Below are positions 37,930 to 47,242 of a stretch of DNA of 64,000 nt, piece by piece; the first letter of the stretch is position 1, and every line of letters begins with the position of its first letter. A model generated the notes under the pieces. The model was not told where the DNA came from. It was given only the letters and a program-made list of their open reading frames with translations, and made no database searches. The translations under genes and the position numbers were made by a program. Source of the DNA: a bacterium (GTDB lineage Bacteria > Krumholzibacteriota > Krumholzibacteriia > G020349025); the NCBI GenBank assembly GCA_031362565.1, contig JANLSU010000039.1, positions 163,229 to 227,228 on the forward strand. Reading direction: 5' to 3'.

Positions 37930-40900
37930 TCAACGCACGAGCAACATCCGGCGCGCCAGAGACGTACCGCCGGCACGCAAGCGATAGAAATAGACTCCCG
38001 ACGGCATCGCGTGTCCGGCGCGGTCACGCCCGTCCCAAATCGCTCGGGCGCGGCCTGCAGGCTGGGTGGCATCGACGAGTTGCCGCACGAGCTTGCCGCG
38101 CACATCGAAAATCTCGAGCCGCACCGGAGACGTGACCGGCAGTCCGTAGGTGATTTCGGTCGTCGGGTTGAAGGGGTTCGGGTGATTCTGCCCGAGCTCG
38201 ACCCGCACCGGTGGTGCGGCGATCACCGGATCGCCGGCGTCCGTCGCGTCGTGGACCACGAACCCATACTGCCCGGTGCGCGCCGCGTCGTGCAGGAACG
38301 TCGGCCATTGCGCGAGCGCCGGATTCCACGCCGCCGGCAGATCCCAGATGTACACGTTGCGGTCCCAGGCCGCGAGCACCAGGTCGATCTTGCCGTCGCC
38401 GTCGACGTCGCCCGCCGCCGGCGTACCGCGGATGAAATCTCCGACGCTGAGCGGGAATCCGAGCAACTCCGCACCGTTGCGTGTCCAGCCGCGCAACACG
38501 CCGTCCTGGCCGCCGAAGACGATGTCCGAGTGGCCGTCACCGTCGAAGTCAGCGACGATCGGGCTGCTCTCCGAATCGAGGAACGTCGCCTGCGGCCAGC
38601 CCGGGTAGACCGTGCCGTTGGAGCGGAACACGTACAATTTGCTCTGCGCCGGATCGTAGTCGTTCGAACCGACAATGATCTCGAGTTGGCCGTCGCCGTC
38701 CAAATCGGCGAGCGCCGGCGTCGGACTGATGCCCGATGGACTCTTGAGATTGACGGTGACCGGGAAGCCGGGCAGTTCGGTGCCGTTGCCGCGCAACACG
38801 TGCAGGTTGTTGGCACCGCTCTGATGGATGGCGACGATCTCGAGTTTGCCGTCGCCGTCGACATCGCCGAGGACCGGCGAATTGTAGAACGACACGCCGT
38901 ACGCTTTGGGGAATCCCGGCAGGCTCGTGCCATCCGGGTTCAACGCGTACAGATTCCCCGCCACGTCGGTTATGACAATCTCGAGCGCGAAATCCGCGTC
39001 CAAGTTTCCGACCGACGGTGAACTGCGCGAGTACGTCGCGATCGATGCAAAATGGCCGGTCGAGTTGGCCGCGATGAGCGGCGTGCCATCGTAGTGCCAG
39101 GCGTACAGGTGGCCGTCCTTGCTGGGCGCGAAGATCTCGTTGTGTCCATCGCGATCGACGTCAGCGACGGTCGGCGTACCCCAATAGCCGAGCGGCCCCG
39201 CACTCGCCGGTTCGCGGCTCCACAACGTCGAGCCGTCACCGTTCAGCGCCACGACCTTGTTCGTGTCCCAATTGCATGCCAGCACTTCGAGCCCCGCCGT
39301 ACCGTCCAGCTCCGCCAGCGCCGTCGAGGCGTTGACGACTCCAAGCGCGTTCGAAAACACACCCCAGCTCTGCGGATCGTTGTCGGCATCCAGGACCTCG
39401 TTGCCATCGCCATGCCAGGCATAGACGCGGACATCGCCCTGGACAATTTCGGGCTTGCCGTCACCATCGAGATCGCCGAGGGCCGGCGAACTCGACGTTT
39501 CGGACGTCATCGTAATGGGCCAGCCGTTCAGCTGCGGCGGGTTGGTACTGACCGGAGTCGCGGCCGAACGGGTGCTCTCATTGCCCGACGTGTCGACGGT
39601 GGTGATCGCGTAGTAGTAGCGCGTATTGGTCGCCAGATTGCTGTCGCGGAAATACGCCGTGTGATTCGTAAAGTCCACCGTCGCCCGCGTCCAGGGACCA
39701 CTCGCGGCTGGAGCGCGGTAGACGTGGTATCCCGCCAGATCGTTCTCCGCCGCCGGCGGCCACACCGCGATCACCGTCGTCGGGCCGGCGCTCGCATCCA
39801 AAGACGGGGCTCCCGGCGCCGCGGGACGCCGCAGTTCGAACGGCTTGATCACCAAGCGGCCGCGATTGTCCGTCAAGCGCAGATTGATGAAGTTCGGCAC
39901 CAGAAGATCTTCCGTCAGCCGGAAGAGCGCCGTATTGCCTACTTCCGCCATGGAGGCGATGGATCCGTAAGTGCCGTTCGGCGTGATCAACGTCACATTC
40001 GGATTCGACGTTTGCAACACGCCGTTCAAGCCGTCGACGCGGCCGCTGCCATAGTTCTTGAGCCAGGCACGCAAGTCGAAGACCTCGCCCTCGTCCGGCT
40101 CGCCGTTGCCGTTCCCCGTCACGTTGTCGATGACTTCGAGGCGGACGAGTTTGAGCAGCGGCGCGTGGATCTCGCGTTTGAGATGGTCGGTCGTCGGAGT
40201 GCCGCTCGCCGTCATCGACAGGGTGAGATCGAAGGCGTGATGATCCGGCGCTGCCGCTGCGAGGCGAATGCGCACCGGCGCCGCGGTGGCGGCGCTGCCA
40301 CCCGCCGGCACACTCGCGGCCGAGAATGCGCCGGTCAGCACCGTGACATTGGCGTCGGCGGTGGAAATCGTTCCGGCGAGCGCCGTCGCCACCGAGGCGC
40401 CGTCGTTGCGGAGCGTCAGCGACAAATCGACGGTTTCGCCGGCGTCGAGTTTGCCGTCGGCGTTGCCGGTGGTGCCGCCGATCGCGTCGTCGTCGACCAC
40501 CACCGACTGCAGGTGGACGTACGGCGTGACGTTGGCTGCGGCCGTGATCGTTCCAAGAGAGGTGCGCAGATCCCGGCCGCTGACCGTGACCTGGATCGGA
40601 CCCGCCGATTCGGCGACGAACGGAACGAGGACCGTACCGTCCACGGCGGTGGTGGCGACTCGATAGTCCTCGTCGCCTTTCTGCAGGCAGACGCGCGCCC
40701 CCGCCACCGGATTACCGCCGCTCGTGACGCTGATGAGGATGTTGTTGGTCCCGAGCACCGCGGTCGCCGGAGCGCTGACGGACAGCAGATCCGGCAGCCG
40801 GGAGAACACCGCCATCTCGGGGTCACCGAGCATGTTGTAGATGTAGTGCGTCCAACGATGCGCACTCTCGGTCGCCGCGAGCGGCGTCTGGTTGAGACGC

Positions 40901-42561
40901 GAGCGCGCGAACAGCTCGCCCACGTGCCAAACCCCGCCATTGAACAGCAAATCATAGTAGTCGTCCTGGTACTCGCGCGCCGGCATCGGGTACGCCGACC
41001 GCGACGCGCCGATCACCGCCGCGGCACCGCCACCCGGGCTGTTCAACAAGTGCTCACCGAGGCAGCCATAGTCGAAGGCCACGGAGGTGCAGTTCAGGAC
41101 GTTGAAAATCGAATAGCGATTCGTGTTCGACATGGCGTCGGCATCCGAATTGATGATGCTCTGGTCGGCCACCGACATGTTGTAGCGGAAGCCATGGCCG
41201 ATGTGATTGACGATGTTGAAACCGGTGGTGATATCGCCCAGCGCCAAGGCGCGCGACAACGGCAAGGCGTTGGTGAACTGCGTGAAGGCCTCGAAGCGTT
41301 CGGTCACCGAGACAGTGGCCGGAAACCGCTGCACGACGAGGTCGTCGCTCATCTGGCCGCCGTCCATGGTAATTGCCTGGCTCGAATCCCAGTCGACCGG
41401 GAACAGAACTTCACCCATGAGAAGCGCCCGGTCCTGGTAGGTCGGGTCGGCAGGCGTTTCGTACGCCATCACCTTTTGGGTGAAGTTGGCGACTTGCGCG
41501 GCGGTAAGGACCGGCGCGCGTCCCACGTAGACCTCGGCCAGCAAATCGCCGCCATCCGGATCCGGCACCTGAGACGTTGCCGGGGCTTCGCCCCACAGCG
41601 CATCGCCGTCGTTGTTCCAGGTGCCGTCGAGCCCCGCGAAATACAAGTCGGCCGGAATTTGCTCCGGCGTGGCCATTCCGAACGACGACGCGAGAACGCG
41701 GGCCGGAATCAGGTCGGTATCGCCGCCCAGCAATACCCACTGCACCGACCAATTCGCATAGGCGGCTTGCAAGAAAGTGCGGATCGTCTCCTCTAAATCC
41801 GAGCCATTGCGGGTCGTGGCCTGGATCGACTCGATCGTCTGCACGACGGTCGGCACGCCGCGGCGCGTTTTCCAATCGGCGAGGACTTGGAAGGACGGGG
41901 CGAGCGCGGCGCTCGTCACGATGACGTAGTCGACGTCACTGCCTTCGAGGTCGGGATAGGCGGCGGGATGGAAGCCGTTGCGTTTCGTCACGACAACCCG
42001 GCCGGCCGGCGGTGCAAATCCAACGACTTGGCCGGGATTCGCGACCGAACCGCGCACGAGGGCGGCGTCGCGCGCCGCGAGCGCCGCATTGGCGCGCCGC
42101 CGCGCCACCGGCAGGGCGCCGCCGGAAGCCGTGTGCAGGCTCACATCCAGTGCTTCGACGCGCGACCAGGCGCCGCCGGCAACCTGCACCGGATGCACGC
42201 GCACGTAGGCGATCTGATAGCCGCACCAGGCGCCGACCCCGGTGACCTCGGCGAGCGGCGCCGCCGCCGCGAGTTGCTCGGGCTTCGATGCATGCGCCAG
42301 CGGCGCGGTCGCGACGGCAGTCGCTTCGACGCCGGTCACGAGATGGCCGCGCGGAATGACGAACATCGCGCTGGTCTCGAGCGGCAGCGTAGCGCTCGCC
42401 GCCACGGCGCGCGAAGTGGAAATCCGGGCCTGCACGACATCCGCCGCTGCCGGCTGGATCGTGGCATCGATCAGGGTGAGAAAAACGCCGATGGAAAACA
42501 CCAAACGCGCGGGATGGCGCATGCGAGCAGGCCTCCACACTCTGTTGCGATCTCGATGCAC
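37930..42561 (-). CDS. Secreted C25 (gingipain-like) cysteine peptidase with Ig/FN3, FG-GAP repeats and a C-terminal FlgD/CTD-like domain
   Basis: LADWKTRRG, VLLGGD, EVYVGRAP, NHIGHG and LNCTS (His/Cys dyad), YNMLGDP; repeated GDxDGDG; GQNHPNPFNP..SGVYFYRL. Start may be 42522. Confidence 0.88.
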   Translation of the reverse strand: MHRDRNRVWRPARMRHPARLVFSIGVFLTLIDATIQPAAADVVQARISTSRAVAASATLPLETSAMFVIPRGHLVTGVEATAVATAPLAHASKPEQLAAAAPLAEVTGVGAWCGYQIAYVRVHPVQVAGGAWSRVEALDVSLHTASGGALPVARRRANAALAARDAALVRGSVANPGQVVGFAPPAGRVVVTKRNGFHPAAYPDLEGSDVDYVIVTSAALAPSFQVLADWKTRRGVPTVVQTIESIQATTRNGSDLEETIRTFLQAAYANWSVQWVLLGGDTDLIPARVLASSFGMATPEQIPADLYFAGLDGTWNNDGDALWGEAPATSQVPDPDGGDLLAEVYVGRAPVLTAAQVANFTQKVMAYETPADPTYQDRALLMGEVLFPVDWDSSQAITMDGGQMSDDLVVQRFPATVSVTERFEAFTQFTNALPLSRALALGDITTGFNIVNHIGHGFRYNMSVADQSIINSDADAMSNTNRYSIFNVLNCTSVAFDYGCLGEHLLNSPGGGAAAVIGASRSAYPMPAREYQDDYYDLLFNGGVWHVGELFARSRLNQTPLAATESAHRWTHYIYNMLGDPEMAVFSRLPDLLSVSAPATAVLGTNNILISVTSGGNPVAGARVCLQKGDEDYRVATTAVDGTVLVPFVAESAGPIQVTVSGRDLRTSLGTITAAANVTPYVHLQSVVVDDDAIGGTTGNADGKLDAGETVDLSLTLRNDGASVATALAGTISTADANVTVLTGAFSAASVPAGGSAATAAPVRIRLAAAAPDHHAFDLTLSMTASGTPTTDHLKREIHAPLLKLVRLEVIDNVTGNGNGEPDEGEVFDLRAWLKNYGSGRVDGLNGVLQTSNPNVTLITPNGTYGSIASMAEVGNTALFRLTEDLLVPNFINLRLTDNRGRLVIKPFELRRPAAPGAPSLDASAGPTTVIAVWPPAAENDLAGYHVYRAPAASGPWTRATVDFTNHTAYFRDSNLATNTRYYYAITTVDTSGNESTRSAATPVSTNPPQLNGWPITMTSETSSSPALGDLDGDGKPEIVQGDVRVYAWHGDGNEVLDADNDPQSWGVFSNALGVVNASTALAELDGTAGLEVLACNWDTNKVVALNGDGSTLWSREPASAGPLGYWGTPTVADVDRDGHNEIFAPSKDGHLYAWHYDGTPLIAANSTGHFASIATYSRSSPSVGNLDADFALEIVITDVAGNLYALNPDGTSLPGFPKAYGVSFYNSPVLGDVDGDGKLEIVAIHQSGANNLHVLRGNGTELPGFPVTVNLKSPSGISPTPALADLDGDGQLEIIVGSNDYDPAQSKLYVFRSNGTVYPGWPQATFLDSESSPIVADFDGDGHSDIVFGGQDGVLRGWTRNGAELLGFPLSVGDFIRGTPAAGDVDGDGKIDLVLAAWDRNVYIWDLPAAWNPALAQWPTFLHDAARTGQYGFVVHDATDAGDPVIAAPPVRVELGQNHPNPFNPTTEITYGLPVTSPVRLEIFDVRGKLVRQLVDATQPAGRARAIWDGRDRAGHAMPSGVYFYRLRAGGTSLARRMLLVR

Positions 42562-42628
42562 GACGAACGAATTCGCCGCGCGCTGTTCGGCCGATGTGGA
42601 TCGCTTCGATCGAGCGGAGGAAGAGGCA

Positions 42629-45600
42629 TCACCGCAGCCATGCCAGCTTGCGCGTCACGGCATGACCCGCAACCCGCAAACGGACAACGTACACGCCGTT
42701 CGCGACGGTGCTCCCGGCATCGTTGCGGCCGTCCCAAACGACGGCGTGCAGTCCAGCAATCGCCGGTCCTGCGACCAGGCGCCGCACATGACGGCCACGT
42801 GCGTCGTACAGGGACAGGTCGACGGCGCCGGAAAAGCCCCCCAGGCGGGCAGGAATCTCGAATCGTAACGTCGAACCCGGACGCAGTGGATTCGCAACAC
42901 CGGGCAGGATCTGCAACAGACCGGTGCCGGACGTGACGCCGACCGTCACGGGTCCGGCGTAAGTCACGTTGTCACCGGGCGACGCAGTCCAAGCCACTAC
43001 GTACACGTACCACGCACCGGGCTCGACAGACACATCCACGAACTCGAGATCGCCGGTCCCGCGTTGCTCTCCGATCGTTCTACGAGTATATGCGAAGTCA
43101 TCCAGACTGCCCAGGGGCTCGCGACGGAATGGCCCGGCACGTTCGAGGCGCCAGGCGGGATCCTCCCCGGCGCTGGCCGACGCCTGCCACCGGATCCGTA
43201 CTCCGCCCTCGGCGGTCGTCTCGGCGCGCAGATCCTGCACCGCGACGGGCGTCGGAACGGCGTAGGCATAGAGGCCGGTGCGGTGCGGATCGCCACGATA
43301 GGTCGGCCATGGATTGCGGGCCGCGTTCCAGGGCACGCCCAGGTCCCAGGTGCTCACGACACCGTCGAACGTCGCAACCACCAGGTCGGCATCGCCGTCG
43401 TGATCCACGTCCGCCAAAGTGGGTGTGGCGCGCACATTGGCGGGAAACGAGATCGGGAATCCATCCACGAGGGTGCCGTCCAGGTTCCACACGTGGAGAA
43501 TGCCGTTTTCGTCGCCGAGCACGATCTCGATGCCGGGATCGCCGTCGAGATCGCCGAGAATCGGCGACGATTCGGTGCTGGCGCCGGCCGAGAATCCGCC
43601 CGGCACAACGTCCTGGCCGGCCGCGTCGAGAACCCGCGCATGGCCATCGCTGCCGCAAACGACGATCTCGAGCTTGCTGTCGCCGGCGACGTTGCCGAGA
43701 GCCGGCGTCGGCACGGCGCCTTGGCTGGCCGCTACGAACCCGCCGACCGGGAATCCCGGCAATTCGGCGCCGTTCAAGTGCAGGGCGTGCACGTGGCCCG
43801 TCGCCTCGAGAACGACGATCTCCAGGGTACCGTCCAGGTCGAGGTCACCGATGACCGGGTTGCTCGCGAAATAGCCGCCGTAATTGCGCGGCCAGCCCGG
43901 CAGCAACGCGCCGTGCGCATCGGTCACATACAAGTTGCCGTTGGTGCCGCCGAAGACGAGCTCGTCGCCGGCACGGGCCGGATCCAAGTCGGCGATCGAC
44001 GGGCCCGAACGCAGGAAAGGGCTGCCGGTATCGAAGAGCACCCCTTGAGTCGCGGGATTGGCATCGCCATCGGCGATCTCGGTGCCGTTGGCGTGCCAGC
44101 CGTAGACGCGTCCATCACGCGCCGCGATGAGAATCTCGGGTGCCCCCTGGTGATCGATGTTGGCGATCGACGGGCCCATTTGCGACCCACGGTACGCGTC
44201 GGGCGCCGGGGCGAGCGCCCGCGGCCAGCCCGAGAGCGGCGTGCCATCGCGCCGCACCGCAACGACGTAGCGGTTCGCCGCATCCCAGGTCATCGCGACA
44301 ATTTCCTTCCCCGGAACCGCATCCAAGTCGGCCAACGCAACCGGGCCGAAGGATTCATTCTGGCCGTAGAACACGCCCCAGGTGAGCGGACTGTGGTCGG
44401 CATCCAGCAGCTCGACGCCATGTCCATCCCAGGCGAAGAGTTGCCCCGCGGCGCCGACGATGTCCGGCAAGCCATCCGCATTGACGTCGCCGACCGCCGG
44501 CGACGAGGCGCTGACGTTGTTCATCGTCAGCGGCCAACCGGCCAAACTGGGTGGATTCGTGCTCACCGAGTCCGCGGCACTCGGTGCGCTCACGAGCAGC
44601 GAGCTGTCGACGGCGACAACGCGATACGAGTAACGGCGGCTCGCCTGCAGTCCGGCGTCGCGGAAGTAGGACGAACGCAGCATGTCGAGATCGGCGCGCG
44701 CGAACGGCCCGGTGGAAACCGGCGCGCGCTCGACGTGGTAACCCTGCAAGTCGGCATCGGCGGACGGTGACCATTCGACGTGCACCGCGTCGACTTGATT
44801 GGTGGCGAGAAAGCGCGGCTTTGCAGGGGTCGCAGGCCGCCGCAAGTCGATGCGCCGGACGTCCTCCAGCGAATTCTGAGCGCAACGCAACGTCAGGCGG
44901 CCGCGATGCGGAACATCGATTGCCGCCTCACGCACCGTGAGCGGCGCGATGCTCTCGGCCGTGCCGGCGGGTGGAATGGGTGCAAATGCGGCGCTGCCGG
45001 TCAGAATCTCGAGACCTGGATCGAGCGCCGAAAGGTCGAGCCCCACCTGTTCGGCGGTACCGGAGCCGCGGTTCTCGAGCCGGTAGAACAGGTCGAATTC
45101 CTCGTTCGGATCCTGGGTCCCATTGCTGTTGCCGGCGCGATCATCGTCGGTGCGGAGGGCGACCAAGTACAGCCGCGCCGCATGCACGAGGACATCGACG
45201 CTGTGCACGTCGATCACGGCGTCGTGCGACACGCTCAAGCGCAGCGTCACCACTCGCCCGTCTTCGGTCGTGGGCGGGATGCGCACCTGGAACGCGGTCG
45301 CGGCGTTGGCCTGCGCGCCGACCGCGATCGCCGGATAGGTCGATGCCCCCACCATGATTTGAGCATCCGCATCGGGAGCGGTGAGGGTCGCGGTCGCGAC
45401 GCCCGCCGCCTGCGTGCCGGCGTTGCGCAGCGGCAACAACAACCGCACCGTCTCGCCCGCATCCACGCGGCCGTCGGAGTTGCCGGTGCCCGAGGTGCCG
45501 CCATCGTCGGTCAGGCCGTCGCCGGCCCGCACCAGAACCTTCGACGGTACGGTGCTGACATTGCGCGACAGTTGGCGTGGCACGTGGTTGCCGGCGGTCG

Positions 45601-47149
45601 TGACCACGGCCACCGTGCCGGCCGATTTCGGATCCAGGGCGAGCGGCGCATGGCCCAAGGAATCGGTGTGGGCCACGGCATAGACTTCGTTGGCCTTCGT
45701 GGCACAGACAACGGCATCGCGCACCGGTCCGGCGGCATCGGTCACCGTCACAGTCACCGTTTGCGACCCGATGGCGAAGGCGGCGGGCAACGTCACGTTG
45801 AGGATCTGCGGCGTGCCGGTCCACAACGGCGTCTCGGGGTCGCCGAGCAGCGTATAGGTGAACAGGGTCCAGCGATCGACGCTGTTCAGTTCCGCCGACC
45901 CGGCGAACTCCTCGCGCGATCGGGCCATGGCTTCACCAACGTGGTACTCGTGCCGTTGGTAGAGATGTGCGAAGAAAGCGCGCTGGTAGTCCTTGGCACC
46001 AAACGGGAACGCCTCGCGCGACGAGCCGATGACCAGACTGGCGCCGCCATTCGGATTGAGCAGGGCGGTTTCGGCGAACGATTCGAAATCGTACGCGGCG
46101 GCGGTGCAATTCAGCATGTAGAGGAGTCCGGCGCGGGGGCCGTTCGCGAAGGCCGCGGCGCTGCCGACGTCGAGACTGCCATCCCCGACCGACAACGTGT
46201 AACGGTAGCCATGACCGATGTGGATCACGGTGCCGAAGCCGGCGTCGATCTCGGCCTTCGCGGCCTGGCGTGACAGCGGCGACGCGCCGGCGTACACGGT
46301 GTTGTTCTGGTACAAGCGGGTAGTTTGCAGTTCGGGCGGCAGAACATCGAAGCGCAACGCTTCCGCGAACGTCGCACCGTCGGTGCTGAGTTGCTGACCC
46401 GGCGCCCAGTCGACCGGAAACAGCACTTCGGCCAGCAGCAGGAACTTGTTCTGGAAGTCCAGGACGGAAGGGTTTTCATACGCCAGCGCCTTGTCGACCA
46501 GCAAGTTGGCTTCGGCAAGCGTGCTGGCGGGGGCGCGCCCCACGAAGACTTCCGCGACCAAGTCGGCTTCGTCGCCGGCTTCACCGGGGCTCGGTGCGGC
46601 CTCGCCGAAGAACGCATCGTGATCGGCGTTCCAATCGCCGTCGAGGCATCCGTAGTAGAGATCGGTCGGCGGATCCACGAGCCCCTGGAAATCGGCGCTC
46701 GCATAACGCGGCGGAATGACATCGGTGTCACCGCCCAGAAGCACGAATCGAACCCCCCAGTCCTGATACGCGGCCCGAATGTAGAGGCGCAGCGTTTCGG
46801 CGAGATCGCTACCGTGCACACCCGAGGCGAGCACCTGCGACACGGTGCGGACGACGGTCGGCACGCCTTTCGAGGTCTTCCATGCCGCGAGGCGCGTGAA
46901 TGCCGGCAGCATGGTGTCGGAGGTCAGGATCAGTTCTTGAACCGGACTGCCGTCGAGACTGGGATGGGATGTGGGTATGAACGGTCCCGGCGATGCGATC
47001 ATCGACGGGCGCAGCATCGCGAGCTGCGGGCGTGCGACAGTTTGCGTGACATGGCGCTCGGGCCGCGTCGCGGTGTCGGTGGCGTGCGCGGTCGCCGCCG
47101 CGAGCGATGCGAGCGCGACGAGCGCACCAACAAACCAACGTTGATTCAT
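42629..47149 (-). CDS. Second C25 peptidase/FG-GAP/FlgD paralogue
   Basis: Signal peptide; LAAWKTSKG, VLLGGD, EVFVGRAP, IHIGHG and LNCTA, YTLLGDP; FG-GAP repeats; WDGRNDAG..ANGVYVVRL. Confidence 0.88.
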   Translation of the reverse strand: MNQRWFVGALVALASLAAATAHATDTATRPERHVTQTVARPQLAMLRPSMIASPGPFIPTSHPSLDGSPVQELILTSDTMLPAFTRLAAWKTSKGVPTVVRTVSQVLASGVHGSDLAETLRLYIRAAYQDWGVRFVLLGGDTDVIPPRYASADFQGLVDPPTDLYYGCLDGDWNADHDAFFGEAAPSPGEAGDEADLVAEVFVGRAPASTLAEANLLVDKALAYENPSVLDFQNKFLLLAEVLFPVDWAPGQQLSTDGATFAEALRFDVLPPELQTTRLYQNNTVYAGASPLSRQAAKAEIDAGFGTVIHIGHGYRYTLSVGDGSLDVGSAAAFANGPRAGLLYMLNCTAAAYDFESFAETALLNPNGGASLVIGSSREAFPFGAKDYQRAFFAHLYQRHEYHVGEAMARSREEFAGSAELNSVDRWTLFTYTLLGDPETPLWTGTPQILNVTLPAAFAIGSQTVTVTVTDAAGPVRDAVVCATKANEVYAVAHTDSLGHAPLALDPKSAGTVAVVTTAGNHVPRQLSRNVSTVPSKVLVRAGDGLTDDGGTSGTGNSDGRVDAGETVRLLLPLRNAGTQAAGVATATLTAPDADAQIMVGASTYPAIAVGAQANAATAFQVRIPPTTEDGRVVTLRLSVSHDAVIDVHSVDVLVHAARLYLVALRTDDDRAGNSNGTQDPNEEFDLFYRLENRGSGTAEQVGLDLSALDPGLEILTGSAAFAPIPPAGTAESIAPLTVREAAIDVPHRGRLTLRCAQNSLEDVRRIDLRRPATPAKPRFLATNQVDAVHVEWSPSADADLQGYHVERAPVSTGPFARADLDMLRSSYFRDAGLQASRRYSYRVVAVDSSLLVSAPSAADSVSTNPPSLAGWPLTMNNVSASSPAVGDVNADGLPDIVGAAGQLFAWDGHGVELLDADHSPLTWGVFYGQNESFGPVALADLDAVPGKEIVAMTWDAANRYVVAVRRDGTPLSGWPRALAPAPDAYRGSQMGPSIANIDHQGAPEILIAARDGRVYGWHANGTEIADGDANPATQGVLFDTGSPFLRSGPSIADLDPARAGDELVFGGTNGNLYVTDAHGALLPGWPRNYGGYFASNPVIGDLDLDGTLEIVVLEATGHVHALHLNGAELPGFPVGGFVAASQGAVPTPALGNVAGDSKLEIVVCGSDGHARVLDAAGQDVVPGGFSAGASTESSPILGDLDGDPGIEIVLGDENGILHVWNLDGTLVDGFPISFPANVRATPTLADVDHDGDADLVVATFDGVVSTWDLGVPWNAARNPWPTYRGDPHRTGLYAYAVPTPVAVQDLRAETTAEGGVRIRWQASASAGEDPAWRLERAGPFRREPLGSLDDFAYTRRTIGEQRGTGDLEFVDVSVEPGAWYVYVVAWTASPGDNVTYAGPVTVGVTSGTGLLQILPGVANPLRPGSTLRFEIPARLGGFSGAVDLSLYDARGRHVRRLVAGPAIAGLHAVVWDGRNDAGSTVANGVYVVRLRVAGHAVTRKLAWLR

Positions 47150-47180
47150 CAGATCCTTCTATGGGCCACCCGAGGCAGGC

Positions 47181-47201
47181 AAAACCCGTCGGGCCGACGG
47201 G
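47181..47201 (-). terminator. Hairpin with a short U-tract between the NtrC-type gene and the C25 genes
   Basis: CCCGTCG-(3 nt)-CGACGGG followed on the minus strand by TTTT. Confidence 0.4.
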
Positions 47202-47242
47202 AGGGTGGGTCGGAGGACGCGGTACCCGCCGGGAATCGTACC

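Noticed and set aside
38300..44520. Recurrent GCCGTCGCCGTC-like DNA repeats as a possible array
   Set aside because: They encode the GDxDGDG FG-GAP protein repeats; irregular spacing, no CRISPR repeat-spacer structure and no cas genes.
47161..47240. GGCAAA plus hairpin as a c-di-GMP riboswitch
   Set aside because: On the wrong strand for the downstream gene, and lacks the GNRA loop and second stem.
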